NCBI GenBank assembly: GCA_965113315.1
Contig: OZ220371.1
Direction: 5' to 3' (one strand)
DNA from: Podarcis vaucheri
Taxonomy: Eukaryota
Length of the DNA stretch: 64,000 bases
In this document: positions 1 through 12,910 of the stretch, piece by piece
Position numbering within the stretch: position 1 is the first letter of the stretch
How the letters are laid out: every line of letters starts with the position of its first letter
The notes under the pieces: model-generated
What the model was told of the DNA's origin: nothing
Seen by the model: only the letters and a program-made list of their open reading frames with translations
Database searches by the model: none
Position numbers and translations under genes: made by a program

Positions 1-3000
1 ATAAAGATCTCTGCTACTCATGGATAGCTGTGTCATGGTTCCATACTGAAGATCTCTTAACATTCATAAGTTGCCCCTTAGTACATTAAATCTTTTTTGT
101 TGTTATTCACAATAGGAGTGATTAAACAATGGGCAGGCAGCAAATACTTTCTGCATGCTTGCTCACAATGTGAAAATAAGGAACTGAATGCAGAATCACA
201 GGTTGCTTGTTATTCCTGATTTATTCTGAGGAAATGTGTGACTTTGTTTATGCAGTATAAATTTATCCCTCTCTCTTTCTCATATATATGTACAGTATGT
301 GTGTACAGTATGTGTGTGTGCATATATAAACATGGCTACTGAGTCAATAACTCCTATTGTTTTTTCGCATGAGTTGGTGCAGTGTGTCAGACTATCAATA
401 GCAATGGAGCTCTGCTATGAACAGATGAACAAGTGCTTATTAAGATATCAGCATTCAGACAACAAGGATGGTTATTCTCTGTGAATCACAGAATCAGATT
501 GTATCTATGCTGACAGAAGTGTTCACTTTGCCGCTGCAGCAGTGACAGTTACATGGATCTACAGAGCATTGTCGCTAGCTAAGCATTGTCTTCAAAGGCA
601 AAATCCTTATGTAATCAATCACAGTTGGGTTTGTACTAACTCATCTTTTGTGGTGGATTGTGAATTGATTAAAAACTTTTTTTTGTCAAACAACTGTCTT
701 GCTTTTAAATAAACTGGCTAACTGACTGGTGGGCATGACAAAATATGACAAAATCTGGGCAAGTTACGCAGAGTCCAGTGTAGGTGGACTATTGATTGAT
801 GTTTAGAGGTTTCTATCAGGGAGATTTAGGCCCAAGGACACATCACTGCCAACCCAGTTTAAAATAAGCATTTACAAATAGATGCTTTATATGAAGTTGG
901 CCCCAAATACTTTGCTGCTTGAAGTGAAGAACAAGATGTTAACTCCCCCTATTTCATTCACAAAAGCTGACTAGGCTTTCACTTGAACCTTTAGTTGATT
1001 CTGAGAATGGGACTCAGTCCTCCGCTACTTCTGAAGACAGCAGGCTAGATAATAATATATATACTACTAATAATAATCACAATCATAATCTACCACCTTT
1101 CATTACAAGAGATACCAAGATAGTTCATATATCATAAAAAGCTTATGTCAAAATAGCAAGCAAAAGAAATGAATTTTAAAAATACAAGTACCTGTAATTA
1201 AAATACATAGTGGAACATCTATATTAAAGCATCCATAATTAACATATATGATAAACAAGCCCATTTCAAATAGCATTACAGTTAAAGTGAAAATCGAAGC
1301 AGGAGATTGAAGTCAAGAGATTAGGGGAATGCTTGCTTAAAGAGGTGTGACTTCAAAAGCCAATGGAAATCTCATATTTAGGGGGTCTTCCTATTTCTGG
1401 AAACAGAACATTCCACAACTCCGGTAGCACCAGTGTTAAAACTTTGCACGGTGTGAAACCCCTGAAATTAACAAAGTCAAAATTAGGTCCATGGGTCCCA
1501 AAAGGCTGGGGATTTTTGCCTTAAGCTAGGTAAGGCTTTACAAGTTGACACTAGCATGTTAATTTAAGCCTGGAATGGCAATGATGTGTGCTTGGGCTCT
1601 GATCATGTATATTTCTTCATTGGATGGAGGGGGATGTATGAGTGTGTTTAAGAAGCAGCCTCCTTTACAAAGAGAAAATTTTCATTCATGGCTTTGCCCC
1701 ACCTTTACTTCTGGCCCTACCCACCACTGGCATGGCTCTTGACCCTCAAGAGGGAAAAAGTCCCCTATGCCTGTTGGGAACCTGGGGTAAGCTAGGAAAG
1801 GCACACATAGTGCCAATTTTATCCCATACACTGACTGGTGTTGCCACTTACTGGGGCAAGGATGTTGTGGCGCAAGGTGGCTATGAGACTCAGAGAACTC
1901 TGAGTCAGTGGCACCAGTGAGTGGCAGCACTACCAACACCAGGAGGGAGACCCTTCTGCTTCACTTTCTCTCTTGAGTCACTGGTGACTCCACCCTGCTT
2001 TGATGTTACAGCCCAGAGAAATTGCTTGTGTTTGTCTGAAAGGGTTAAAAGCTTCAGCAGTGCTATACTTTTTAATAAAGGTGTATGAAGTTATTGTCAG
2101 AAAATTCAAATAGCTTAATATTTTATCATACCAGTGTGAGGTGAAGTGGCTCTCCCAGTGAAGTGAAAAATTGTTTCAATGCAGTCCTGCCAACTGAATA
2201 AATGTTCTTAATTTCTCATTAAATAATAATACAGAACAGAAACCATCTTCTTCTTTTATTCTACTCAAGCCAAGCAGGTTATAGAATATGTGACAAGAAC
2301 ACCCATTGTAAAACATAACCAGATGATACAAACAAACAAACCCCCTCTGCCAGTTTCTTTTATTTCATTCTGATTGCTTCTGATGTCTAAGTGCCATTAA
2401 GAATCAGGAGCTGCATTCTTTTGTTAAATTAAAATGGCAGTTAGATACAGCATGGCTCAGTGTACTGTTGCTGGTACCACATTTCAGGTAAGCCCTCAGA
2501 CAGAGGATGCATTGCCAAGGCCTAGAACAAGGTGTGTATGCTCCCATATAGCTGGAAATTCATATTTTTAATCTCATAAATTTCAACTGCACTTTGCCTG
2601 ATCTGATCTAGTGAAAAGGGGACTTGCAATGCTTTGTACTTAGGCTTCTAATGCCAGGAAATTTATCACACGAAACTGCAATTCATATAAAATGTGAACA
2701 TTTACAGTAAACATACCCCAAAATAAGGGCAATGTAGTAATTAGAACCAACCTTTGCTTGCGCTGACAGCAGCCAACTCATTTATTAAGTCAATGTAGCA
2801 GAGTAACACAGCCACATCACACTTGATTGAAATCTTGGCCAACTCTGACAGATGTTCCCAACTCATTGTCAATCTCAAGTATGTTTTAATGAGTTTCAAG
2901 TGGCTGGCGTTCCCCTCTGCAGATGCTCCTGTTACAAAAACTGTGAAAAAGGATCTTTAGGTCAATGACAACCTGGAAAATTCTTTGGAGTGAGTGCCAT

Positions 3001-3439
3001 GTGATTGAAATTGTAAATACTGAACTGGTGTTCTTGAGAATTCTTCCTGCTATTTTTGACTGATGAAATGTCAGTGTAAATATCTACAAGGCTCAACCCT
3101 CTTAGGGCTAAACTGTGGCAGAAAAGTTATTGAGAACAAGGTTTCAGAAGAGGGTTGGTGTTTCCTGCCTTTTGCCAGCCTTCAAACTGAAAATAAAAAC
3201 ATCTAAATCTTTTTTAAAAAAACTAATGCTTCATGCTGTGCTTGAAATTGAGAAGGGTAGAGAAGGGAGTACAGCCCATCCAAAGCAGGCAATTCACCTA
3301 TTATTTGGAGTGGGGAGCCACCCACCTGCAGTGTCTCATTCTTGCCAGGATTCTGAGTCAGTTCATTGGCCCTTATCCAACTCACCATGAGTCTAGGCAT
3401 TAGTCCAAAGCTTGCGCAGCATCTCCTGATTCAGTTTTT

Positions 3440-3986
3440 AGAATCATAGAATCATAGAATCATAGAGTTGGAAGAGACCACAAGGGCCATCGAGTCCAAC
3501 CCCCTGCCAAGCAGGAAACACCATCAGAGCACTCCTGACATATGGTTGTTAAGCCTCTGCTTAAAGACCTCCAAAGAAGGAGACTCTACCACACTCCTTG
3601 GCAGCAAATTCCACTGTCAAACAGCTCTTACTGCCAGGAAGTTCTTCCTAATGTTTAGGTGGAATCTTCTTTCTTGTAGTTTGGATCCATTGCTCCGTGT
3701 CCGCTTCTCTGGAGCAGCAGAAAACAACCTTTCTCCCTCCTCTATATGACATCCTTTTATATATTTGAACATGGCTATCATATCACCCCTTAACCTCCTC
3801 TTCACCAGGCTAAACATGCCCAGCTCCCGTAGCCGTTCCTCATAAGGCATCGTTTCCAGGCCTTTGACCATTTTGGTTGCCCTCCTCTGGACACGTTCCA
3901 GTTTGTCAGTGTCCTTCTTGAACTGTGGTGCCCAGAACTGGACACAGTACTCCAGGTGAGGTCTGACCAGAGCAGAATACAGTGGC
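3440..3986 (-). mobile_element. CR1 LINE 3' fragment
   Basis: ORF2 C-terminal peptide [28 protein letters not shown]...[10 protein letters not shown]; (ATTCTATG)n 3' tail on the minus strand. Confidence 0.93.
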
Positions 3987-4028
3987 AGAGAAGTAGAGCT
4001 GAATTTTTACAGAGAAGTAGAGCTGAAT

Positions 4029-4377
4029 GGGTGGCGCTGTGGGTAAAAGCCTCAGCGCCTAGGGCTTGCCGATCGAAAGGTCGGCAGTTCGAATTCCCGC
4101 GGCGGGGTGCGCTCCCGCTGCTCGGTCCCAGCGCCTGCCAACCTAGCAGTTCGAAAGCACCCCCGGGTGCAAGTAGATAAATAGGTACCGCTTACCAGCG
4201 GGAAGGTAAACGGCGTTCCGTGTGCTGCGCTGGCTCGCCCGATGCAGCTTTGTCACGCTGGCCACGTGACCCGGAAGTGTCTCCGGACAGCGCTGGCCCC
4301 CGGCCTCTTAAGTGAGATGGGCGCACAACCCTAGAGTCTGTCAAGACTGGCCCGCTCGGGCAGGGGTACCTTTACTT
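4029..4377 (+). mobile_element. Sauria SINE (Squam1-type)
   Basis: tRNA-derived head with A/B boxes (GTGGCGCTGTGG, GTTCGAATTCC); ACCTTT tail; 11-bp TSD TAGAGCTGAAT at 4018-4028 and 4378-4388. Confidence 0.92.
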
Positions 4378-4419
4378 TAGAGCTGAATATGATCATACTC
4401 ATCATACATCATACATCAT

Positions 4420-5000
4420 ACATCATACCTTGCCCCAAAGCTCCCCTTGGCTTCACATATATATTAAACACCATTTGGGGACATAATGGTACCCCGAGGC
4501 ACCCCACTGCTATTTCCTGAAACCAACCCTGGAGAAAGCTTTGGAATTACTGTAAAAGGGTGCCTTAAATACCCATCCCACTAAGAAGGCCCAGAAGAAT
4601 ACCATGGCTAATGGTATAAAATCCACAGAGAAGTCAAGTAAGAATAAGAGGGTCACACTCCCACTATCCTTCTCCCAATAAGGCTCATCCATCTGGGCAA
4701 CCAAAGCCAGTTTAGTCCCATAACCAGGCCTAAACCCAGATTGAAATGGGCCAGTAATCTGTTTAAGCCACAACCCCCTTAAATACATTCCTAAAAGTAG
4801 GGTATTTGTGACTGGGTGGTAGATGTTACATATCAATATGTCCAGGGTGAGCTTTTTCAGAAGTGGCCAGAAATGATGTCTTTGAGGACACCAGGGAGCA
4901 CTCCCTCCAGCAAAGATGCTTTAATTGCACCCTGGATTCATCTGGTCACCATACCCCTTTGGCAAGGAGACATGTTGCATGCCCTGTGCCACTAGACAGG
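4420..5000 (-). mobile_element. Old L2 LINE RT fragment
   Basis: Degenerate peptide QSGFRPGYGTKLALVA...LLFLLDFSVDF resembles L2 RT. Boundaries approximate. Confidence 0.7.
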
Positions 5001-6394
5001 TAAGATAATGTGGGACTCAGTGTGAGAGGCATTTTGGCTCCTCATGATCAGAAGCAGAAGCCATGAGGGTCCTTGGATCCTGGTTCTTCTGGAATACTTG
5101 GATACTGATCTTTGCAGCAGCTGGCTCAAAACCCTAAACTTGACGTGGTTCCTGAGCAGTTTTGCAACATCCAACTCTGGATTATTTCTGGATTCATGAG
5201 CATCATGGAAGTGGCATCCATGTACCTTTCTGAATAGGGCGATATGACCGTATTTGCAAATGAAGGCAAGATAATTTTTTCGTGGATGTAGATTTTCCCC
5301 AACCCTGCACCACAGTTGCCAAATATTTACAAAACTGTTAAAGGTACAAAGAGCCCTGCCCTCCTTTAGTATCTGGTCACCTTATACCTGTATAAATTGT
5401 TCTCCCTCTGGATAGTGATGGCATTATTTGAATTAAACGACGAACTCAAGGAGAATTATTGCTGCCCAGAGGAATAAATGGGCATGGCTACTGACAATCC
5501 AGGATACTGAATCAAAGGGCAAGTGAGTACAAGACAGGTGGTTTTCCTCCTGGAAAAAGAGATTGACGTATAAAGTGCAAGGCTGCGTATGTGAAGGGCT
5601 CTAATCAAAGGTTAATTGGTTCTTAAAGTAATAGGTACTTTATGAAGACACTTCCAATAAATAGCTCTTAATGTAATTGAGTGCTCTGATGATTTGGGAA
5701 TGACCTCTTCTGCCTTGCAGTCCTGCTTTTTGACACTTAAAATAGTTGTAGTCATCTTCATCTCAGAGAATGAAAGACAAGGCTGGTAAGGTGATGACTT
5801 TTATTCAAGCAACTGTTCTTGCTCAAAGCGTGAAGGGGAACGTGAAAAATTCAAAATCCTATGAAAGCCAAAAACTTATGGCCCTTAGAATGTGCATCTT
5901 CTCTTCTGGTTTGAATCTTGCTTTTAAAAAAGTATAAATCAAATCCATCTTTACTGCGGTCATGACCGTGGAATGGATAAGCTATGAAATGTACAAGGGT
6001 TGTCAGGGACCAAGCTACATATGAAGTGAGAAAATTGTGATGGGGTCTTCTGATGCTTTGGACTTTTACTTAAAAATAGCTGTGGAGGCTTGGGACTGGA
6101 GTGGCACTGGAGAATGGACTGATCTTTTTCATGCCACAATCATTTTCCCCAGTATAGGTAACACCCTGTTATCCATACAGCAATGGGGTGAGAAACAGTT
6201 GAAGGTTCTGCTCCTGCATTTTCTCCCCCAGCAGATCCAATAGCAATTTATACCTATATTCCCACCCACACCCCTGATAAATTAATACTAGCTCCAAGGC
6301 AGCAGAGCTTAGATGGGGGAAATTATGCAGGGCGAAAGGATTAACCCTGTTGTACCAGCACACTGATTCAGTTCAGATTCTCCATGTAAACTAT

Positions 6395-6590
6395 GGCCAT
6401 TTCTGCACTATGCATTTAAAGCAGTTTCACACCACTTCCAAAAGTCATAGCTTCCCCCAAAGAATGCTGGGAAGTTTAGTTTAGTACTGTGAGGTATTAG
6501 GAGATTCCCATTCCTCTAACAGAGCTACAATTGCCAGAGCAATCAATTTCTCTTCCCAAAAGCTCAGGGAACTGTAGGTCTCTGAGCAGA
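6395..6590. mobile_element. Degenerate non-autonomous DNA element (MITE-like), related to 21880-22060
   Basis: Shared internal GGGAACTGTAG / CTACAATTGCCAG-type inverted motifs and GGCC-type ends; family not securely identified. Confidence 0.35.
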
Positions 6591-8989
6591 GCATCCCTGC
6601 TTGTTCTTTTGTTTCTAAAAGTCCCACACTGTTACTGAAAGAAGAAAGGAAGAATGTTCTTAGTGTCCATTTTATAGGGCAGAGATTGAGCTCTGTTATC
6701 CATCAGATCTTCCATTTGAAGCAGCAACAGGATATATTTCATGGTTTATGTTACATCTCAAAAGCTCCTTTGGGAGGAAGAATGGGATATAAATTTAATA
6801 ACTAAAAGCTTATTTACATGCATGTATTTTCGCATTTCCCAGTTCCAAACATATACATTACAGGCATTTTGGACGCAGGTGGAGAATACTGCTTTAAGTT
6901 GAAGATAGGTCAATGGAAGGTGGGAGTTAGTCTCCTACCTTAATGACTTAAGTGGGGCAATGTATCCAAAATTGACAGATGTTGCAAATTAGATGCAATT
7001 ATACATTATTGGCATGATTGATGATAGTTATTCCATTGCTAGATGGAAAGTACTTAATATATCATTAGACTGGATTCTCAGAGTATTGAAAGAATGCCTT
7101 CTTGAGGATAAAGTTGTTTTTTCTCTGTGGGAGAATAGTGAAGAAAATTGTTTCAGGTTTTTTTTAAATGTATAAAAAAGGTTAATAGTTTTGTTTATTG
7201 CTGTTCCTTGTTTCCTGATGCCCTCTAGCACAGGGTCGAATGTGTTTCCCTGTCCTCTGTGAGATGACATTTTGGGTGGAAAGTTGAGATCCATATGTAA
7301 CCATATGTAACCTTGGAAGAAGGTTTTTATCTTGGGTTAAAATACAGGTCACTTCCCCAGTCACAACATACAACACATCATTAGGATATAATTTTTTTAA
7401 TTTTAGAAAACTGATGTGTTGGATGTAGTGCATTCTTTTGGTTATAACATAGTCTTCCATGTAGATCTCATTATGGGATAACCGAAAAATAATATGAGCG
7501 CTGGTTGCCTGAATTTTATCTACAGATTCTTTTAAAAATATATGAATGCCAATGTTTCTATACACATGTGTATTCAAAGTTAATAAGGATAATTCATCTT
7601 GGCAATGTATTGCAAATATAGCACTACTGCTTATTTAATCACCAGAATGCCTTGGGTTATGCCATGCAGGTGCAGTTTAAGGCATGTTCAAACATTCACC
7701 AAACACCTGAATGTTCAAAGCATGGACTAGTGCAGGAGTATGCACACAAGCCCTGCCTTAATATCTTCACATGTGCCATGTGCTTCTCCCCCAGACTTTT
7801 CTCATGTTGCATGGGACAGGGGGATTTGCTTGTGCTTGTTTGAACATGTGTTTCACAGCAAAACCTTTGTCTGAAGTTGGAAAGCTCACGAATACTGGAA
7901 TATACCAGCTGTCTTGTGTGTGCATCTTTTGAATTAATATTATGCAACTAACTTGTGGGGGGAGGGAGGGTGGGGAAGATCCCATAATGTTCAGAATTCT
8001 ACACATAGTGGCATTTTTTTTTTTAATGATACAGTCTCCATCCTGCTGGCTTTTTCTTGAAAGGTGGGGGAAAGACAGAAAATATATTTATTTTTTAGTC
8101 ACAAATTTATCTTTCAGTCAAATATAGTAATCCTGTAGGACTCATTAAGACAAGCAAAGTGATTATGCCTTATGTTGTGCAGTAATGTAAAAGCAGGATG
8201 TTTCATGGGATATGGAAAGATCCAATCGTGAAATGCTTCTGCCTGCCGTGTGGTTTGTGTCACTTATTTTTAAAATGTCAAAATTTTAAATTCTCATCTC
8301 TATACAAAACCCCAAACCAATTCACCAAAAAAAGCTGCTGTTGTGTAAAGCACTTCATTTCATCACACCCATAGACAGATACAGTAATAGCTTACAACAG
8401 GGGTTTTTTTTTGCCATAAAATAGCAGACAATAATACTTCCACTTATCTGGAGTGATGAAATTCAAAGTGAGTCCTTTAAGGTACTCCTCTCTCTTATGT
8501 AATCTTGCCTAATAATTTTGTTTCTTTGGCAGAAAGGGTGTCATGGTGTATTTTTGTTACGTATTAGAAGTTTTTATTTTTATATTTACAGTAATATTTT
8601 GAAGGCAGTTTGATAAACTGAAAGGATGGCAGATACCACACAGAGAGGTCTCAGACGACAATGAATTCTAGAGTAATAACATTTGGTTAACATTCCATGA
8701 TGTGACTAGCTTAATCCATTATTGTTTCTTCTGATGCACAATGAACTCAGAAGCCTTTTACTACACTGAAGTGTTCAGCACAATTATCAGCAAAGAATTC
8801 AGATTCTACCCCCTGCCACTGTGTTAACTGCAATCAGCTCATATGAGAAAACTGTAATTCTTAATCAAGCATCATTATTAGTGCTTTTGTAAATTACACA
8901 CATTTTTAAAGCTTATTAGAAGGAGGAAGGAGGAAAAGCAATGCATTCTGAGACACAGACCAGTAAGGATATATCTTGGCTGTGAAGCC

Positions 8990-8992
<3 letters not shown>

Positions 8993-9048
<56 letters not shown>

Positions 9049-9727
9049 TTATTATTTATACCCCGCCCATCTGGCTGGGCTTCCCCAGCCACTCTGGGTG
9101 GCTTCCAAAAGAATATTAAAATACTATAATACATCAAATATTAAAAGCTTCCCGAAACAGGGCTGCTTTCAGATGTCTTCTAAAAGCCTGGTAGTTGTTG
9201 TTCTCTTTGACATCTGGTGGGAGGGTGTTCCACAGGGAAGGTGCCACTACCGAGAAGGCCCTCTGCCTGGTTCCCTGTAACTTGGCTTCTCGCAGTGAGG
9301 GAACCGCCAGAAGGCCCTCGGTGCTGGACCTCAGTGTCTGGGTAGAACGATGGGGGTGGAGACGCTCCTTCAGATATACTGGACCAAGGCCGTTTAGGGC
9401 TTTAAAGGTCAGCACCAACACTTTGAATTGTGCTCGGAAACGTACTGGGAGCCAATGTAGGTCTTTCAAGACCGGTGTTATGTGGTCTCTGCGGCCGCTC
9501 CCAGTCACCAGTCTAGTTGCCGCGTTCTGGATTAGTTGTAGTTTCCGGGTCACCTTCAAAGGTAGCCCAACGTAGAGCGCATTGCAGTAATCCAAGCGGG
9601 AGATAACCAGAGCATGCACCACTCTGGTGAGGCAGTCCGCAGGCAGATAGGGTCTCAGCCTGCGTACCAGATGGAGCTGGTAAACAGCTGCCCTGGACAC
9701 AGATTTGACCTGTGCCTCCATGGACCT
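8993..9727 (-). mobile_element. Young L2 LINE 3' fragment with (TTA)n tail
   Basis: Open peptide SRLDYCNALYVGLP...LHWLPVRFRAQFKVLVLTFKALNGLGP; 3' stem-loop UTR; (AAT)n at 8993-9048. Confidence 0.93.
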
Positions 9728-10216
9728 GCTTCCTGTTTTGTAGACCTTTTTCCACCTGGCTTGGGAAGGGAGGACCCAAACAAACACTTGGGATACAGTA
9801 TTCTTTGGAGGTTTTTTGGTGGGTTGCTGTTGCTGTTATTGATAGTAATCTTTTCTATCTTGTTAAAAAGATCTTATTATGATTTATGAGGAAACTGTTT
9901 CAATTTGATTGTGCACTTTATTGTGCACTTTTTGACATTTTATTTATTGTTTATGACTACTTTTGTAGTCATACCCAATTGAATTCAGTATGCCTAAATC
10001 ACTATGAGTTAGGCATGTGTAGGATTGTGCTGTAAAGTGTGTTAAATTGAAATCCATGTTAGATGATATTGAATTAGTACGTACCCTGAACATCTCAAAA
10101 GGTACATGTAAGACTATTCTTTCTCTAATCAACAGCTCTTAGCTGAATAGTTCAAATATCATTAAGTAGGGATCTTTCCAGTCTGCATCTGTACTGGAAT
10201 TGTTCTTCCAGCATTT

Positions 10217-10218
<2 letters not shown>

Positions 10219-10250
<32 letters not shown>
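10219..10250. repeat. (GT)n microsatellite
   Basis: Direct reading. Confidence 0.95.
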
Positions 10251-10252
<2 letters not shown>

Positions 10253-10793
10253 TTGCTGCCCCGGACTCCTAAAACATGTTTTAAGGCAAACAACACCCCC
10301 CCATAGGCCTATTCACAACACTATTGTTGATTTTGGGACAAATATAATTGAATGTGTTGGACCATCTGTGAAGTGTCCTTCCATTAGCAATTTTCTCTTT
10401 CTGCTGGAAGATACTTCACTCTCTAGGTAACATATGTAATGACAAATAATGCAGCAGTTTCAAAGAAATATGAACAAGCCAGCAGTATTGGAAGCACATA
10501 AAGTCTTGCAGCAAAGTGGATGGTTGTTATTAAGCTGCCTTAGATGCTTCCAGTCCCTCTCAGCAATGTATCATGGAACTGAACTTAGTCCCTCAACATT
10601 GCCCAAGGAATCGGGATTGATTTTATGTTATTCATTTTCTTAACTATGCTGTAGCTATATGATAACATGTGATCAAGGGGTTGGCAAACATGTCTATTTG
10701 TCAGTGTTTTCTGCATGTAAGTGTTCAGAGCTACAATTAGTGACTCATGTTTTTCAAGGAAAAATGTAGCTCATTTTGTAGATTGTGAAGCCT

Positions 10794-11154
10794 CATAAGA
10801 ACATAAGAGCCTGCTGGATCAGGCCAATGAAATATCTTGTCCAGCTATGACCCATCTAGTTCAGCATCCAGTTCTCACAGTAGCCACCCAAATGGCCTTT
10901 GAGAAACTAGCAAGCAACACCTAAGGACAAGAGCACTCTCCCCTCCTGTGGTTTCCAGCAATTACCGGTACTATCCAGAAGCATTAATGCCACTGCATGT
11001 GGAGGTAAAAATGGTCATTGTGGCTAGCAGCCATTGATAACATGATCCTTCATGAATTTGTCTAATTGTCTTTTAAAGCCATCCAAGTTGGTGGCCATCA
11101 GTGCCTCTTGTGCGAGTGAGTTTCACTGTGTATATTCTTTTCACAGCTGTCGTA
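10794..11154 (-). mobile_element. Old CR1 LINE 3' end (continues at 12450-12910)
   Basis: CATAAGAACATAAGA tail and CTGCTGGATCAGGCC...CCATCTAG 3' UTR motifs typical of squamate CR1. Confidence 0.7.
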
Positions 11155-11171
11155 ACTGGGTGGACACCTTC

Positions 11172-12432
11172 TTTTTTTTAATGATATTTATTAAAGTTTA
11201 ACAATTACCCAAAAAAAGCAGGCAGTGATAAAAAAGAAAAAAAGATTACAATACTTCAAATATAAAAGAAAAATACAATACTAAGAAAAAAAAGAAAAAA
11301 GAAAACGCAAAAACAGTACAACAAAGCAATAAGAGTGAAAAAACAAAAATATTTAAAAACACTAACATCCAGTATTTTCATATCTTTATCTTTCATTTAC
11401 TTGTTTCCTTGACTTCCTCACACCTCCCTTTTTGTCTTCTAGTTCAATAAGCAAGTCCTTTCCCTCTTTCTCAAACTTTGTTCCATAATTTATCTTGACA
11501 CAATTTAACCTTAAATTTTACACTTTGACCCATTAACAATCTATTTTTACTTAATTCTTTATAACCTTTCTGCTAAAACCATGTAAATTCATTCCAGCAC
11601 CTTTCTAACATTCATTAATTTTACAATGTTTTTGTAAATATACTTTAAATTTTTTCCAATCTTCTTCCACCGACTCTTCTCCCTGGTCTCAGATTCTGCC
11701 AGTCATTTCCGCCATTTCCATGTAGTCCATCAGTTTCATCTGCCATTCTTCCCTGGTGGGTAGATCTTGCATCTTCCAGTATTTTGCAATAAGTATTCTT
11801 GCTGCTGTTGTGGCATACATAAAAAAGTTCTCTCTTTCCTTGGCACCAATTGGCCAACCATGCCCAAAAGCAAGGCCTCTGGTTTCTTCAGAAAGGTATA
11901 TTTGAATACCTTTTTCATTTCATTATAGATCATCTCCCAGAATGCCTTAATCTTTGGGCATGTCCACCAAAGGTGAAAGAAAGTACCTTCAGTCTCCTTA
12001 CATTTCCAACATTTATTATCAGGCAAATGGTAAATTTTTGCAAGCTTGACTGGTGTTATGTACCACCTATAGATCATTTTCATTAAGTTCTCTTTTAAGG
12101 CATTACATGCCGTAAATTTCATACCAGTGGTCCATAATTGTTCCCAGTCAGCCATCATAATATTATGTCCAACATCTTGTGCCCATTTAATCATAGCAGA
12201 TTTCACCGTTTCATCTTGAGTATTCCATTTCAACAGCAAGTTATACATTCTTGACAGATTCTTAACTTTAGAGTCTAGCAGTTCTGTTTCCAATTTTGAT
12301 TTTTCCACTTGGAAGCCTATTTTTTTGTCCAAATTATATGCCTCCATTATTTGATAATAATGGAGCCAGTCTCGCACTCTATTTTTTAATTTTTCAAAAC
12401 TCTGCAATTTTAGTCTGTCTCCCTCTTGTTCC
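11172..12432 (-). mobile_element. L1-clade LINE 3' fragment inserted into CR1
   Basis: Peptide KMIYRWYITPVKLAKIY...CWKCKETEGTFFHLWWTCPKIKAFW (C-terminal zinc knuckle); AATAAA and A-tail at the left end; 17-bp TSD ACTGGGTGGACAYCTTC at 11155-11171 and 12433-12449. Confidence 0.9.
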
Positions 12433-12449
12433 ACTGGGTGGACATCTTC

Positions 12450-12910
12450 ATCAAGCTGTTCCTTGCCTGATACTGTCTGTTCAGACCCCATGTATGTATG
12501 TGTGGAATTTTTTTTTTTGCGCTGACATGGAACGATTTACAGTTTACATTTGATATTTTACTTCCCTTCCACTCAGTTTGAAGAGGTCCTATTTGAGGTC
12601 TTCACAATCTCTTTGTTTTCGCAGTCTTGAACAATTTAGTATCATCAGCAAGCTTGGCCACCTCACTGCTCACTGCTAACACTAGATCATTTAAGAACAA
12701 GTTAAAAAGCACAAGTGCCAATACCAGTCCTTGGGGAACTCCACTTTCTACAGCTCTCTGTTCACATAACTACCAATTTATTCCTACTCTCTGTTTTCTG
12801 CTACATAACCAATTCCTGTTCCACAAGAGGACCTCTCCTCTTATTCCATGACTGATAAGTCTTTGGTGAGGTACGTTGTTGAAAGCTTTTTGAAAGTCCA
12901 AGTACATAAA
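12450..12910 (-). mobile_element. Old CR1 RT fragment
   Basis: Minus-strand translation GVPQGLVLALVLFNLFLNDL...LADDTKL. Confidence 0.8.

Noticed and set aside
4029-4110. tRNA genes at SINE heads (also ~23740-23816, ~50950-51023, ~59060-59128)
   Set aside because: tRNA-derived SINE heads continuous with SINE bodies and, mostly, TSDs.
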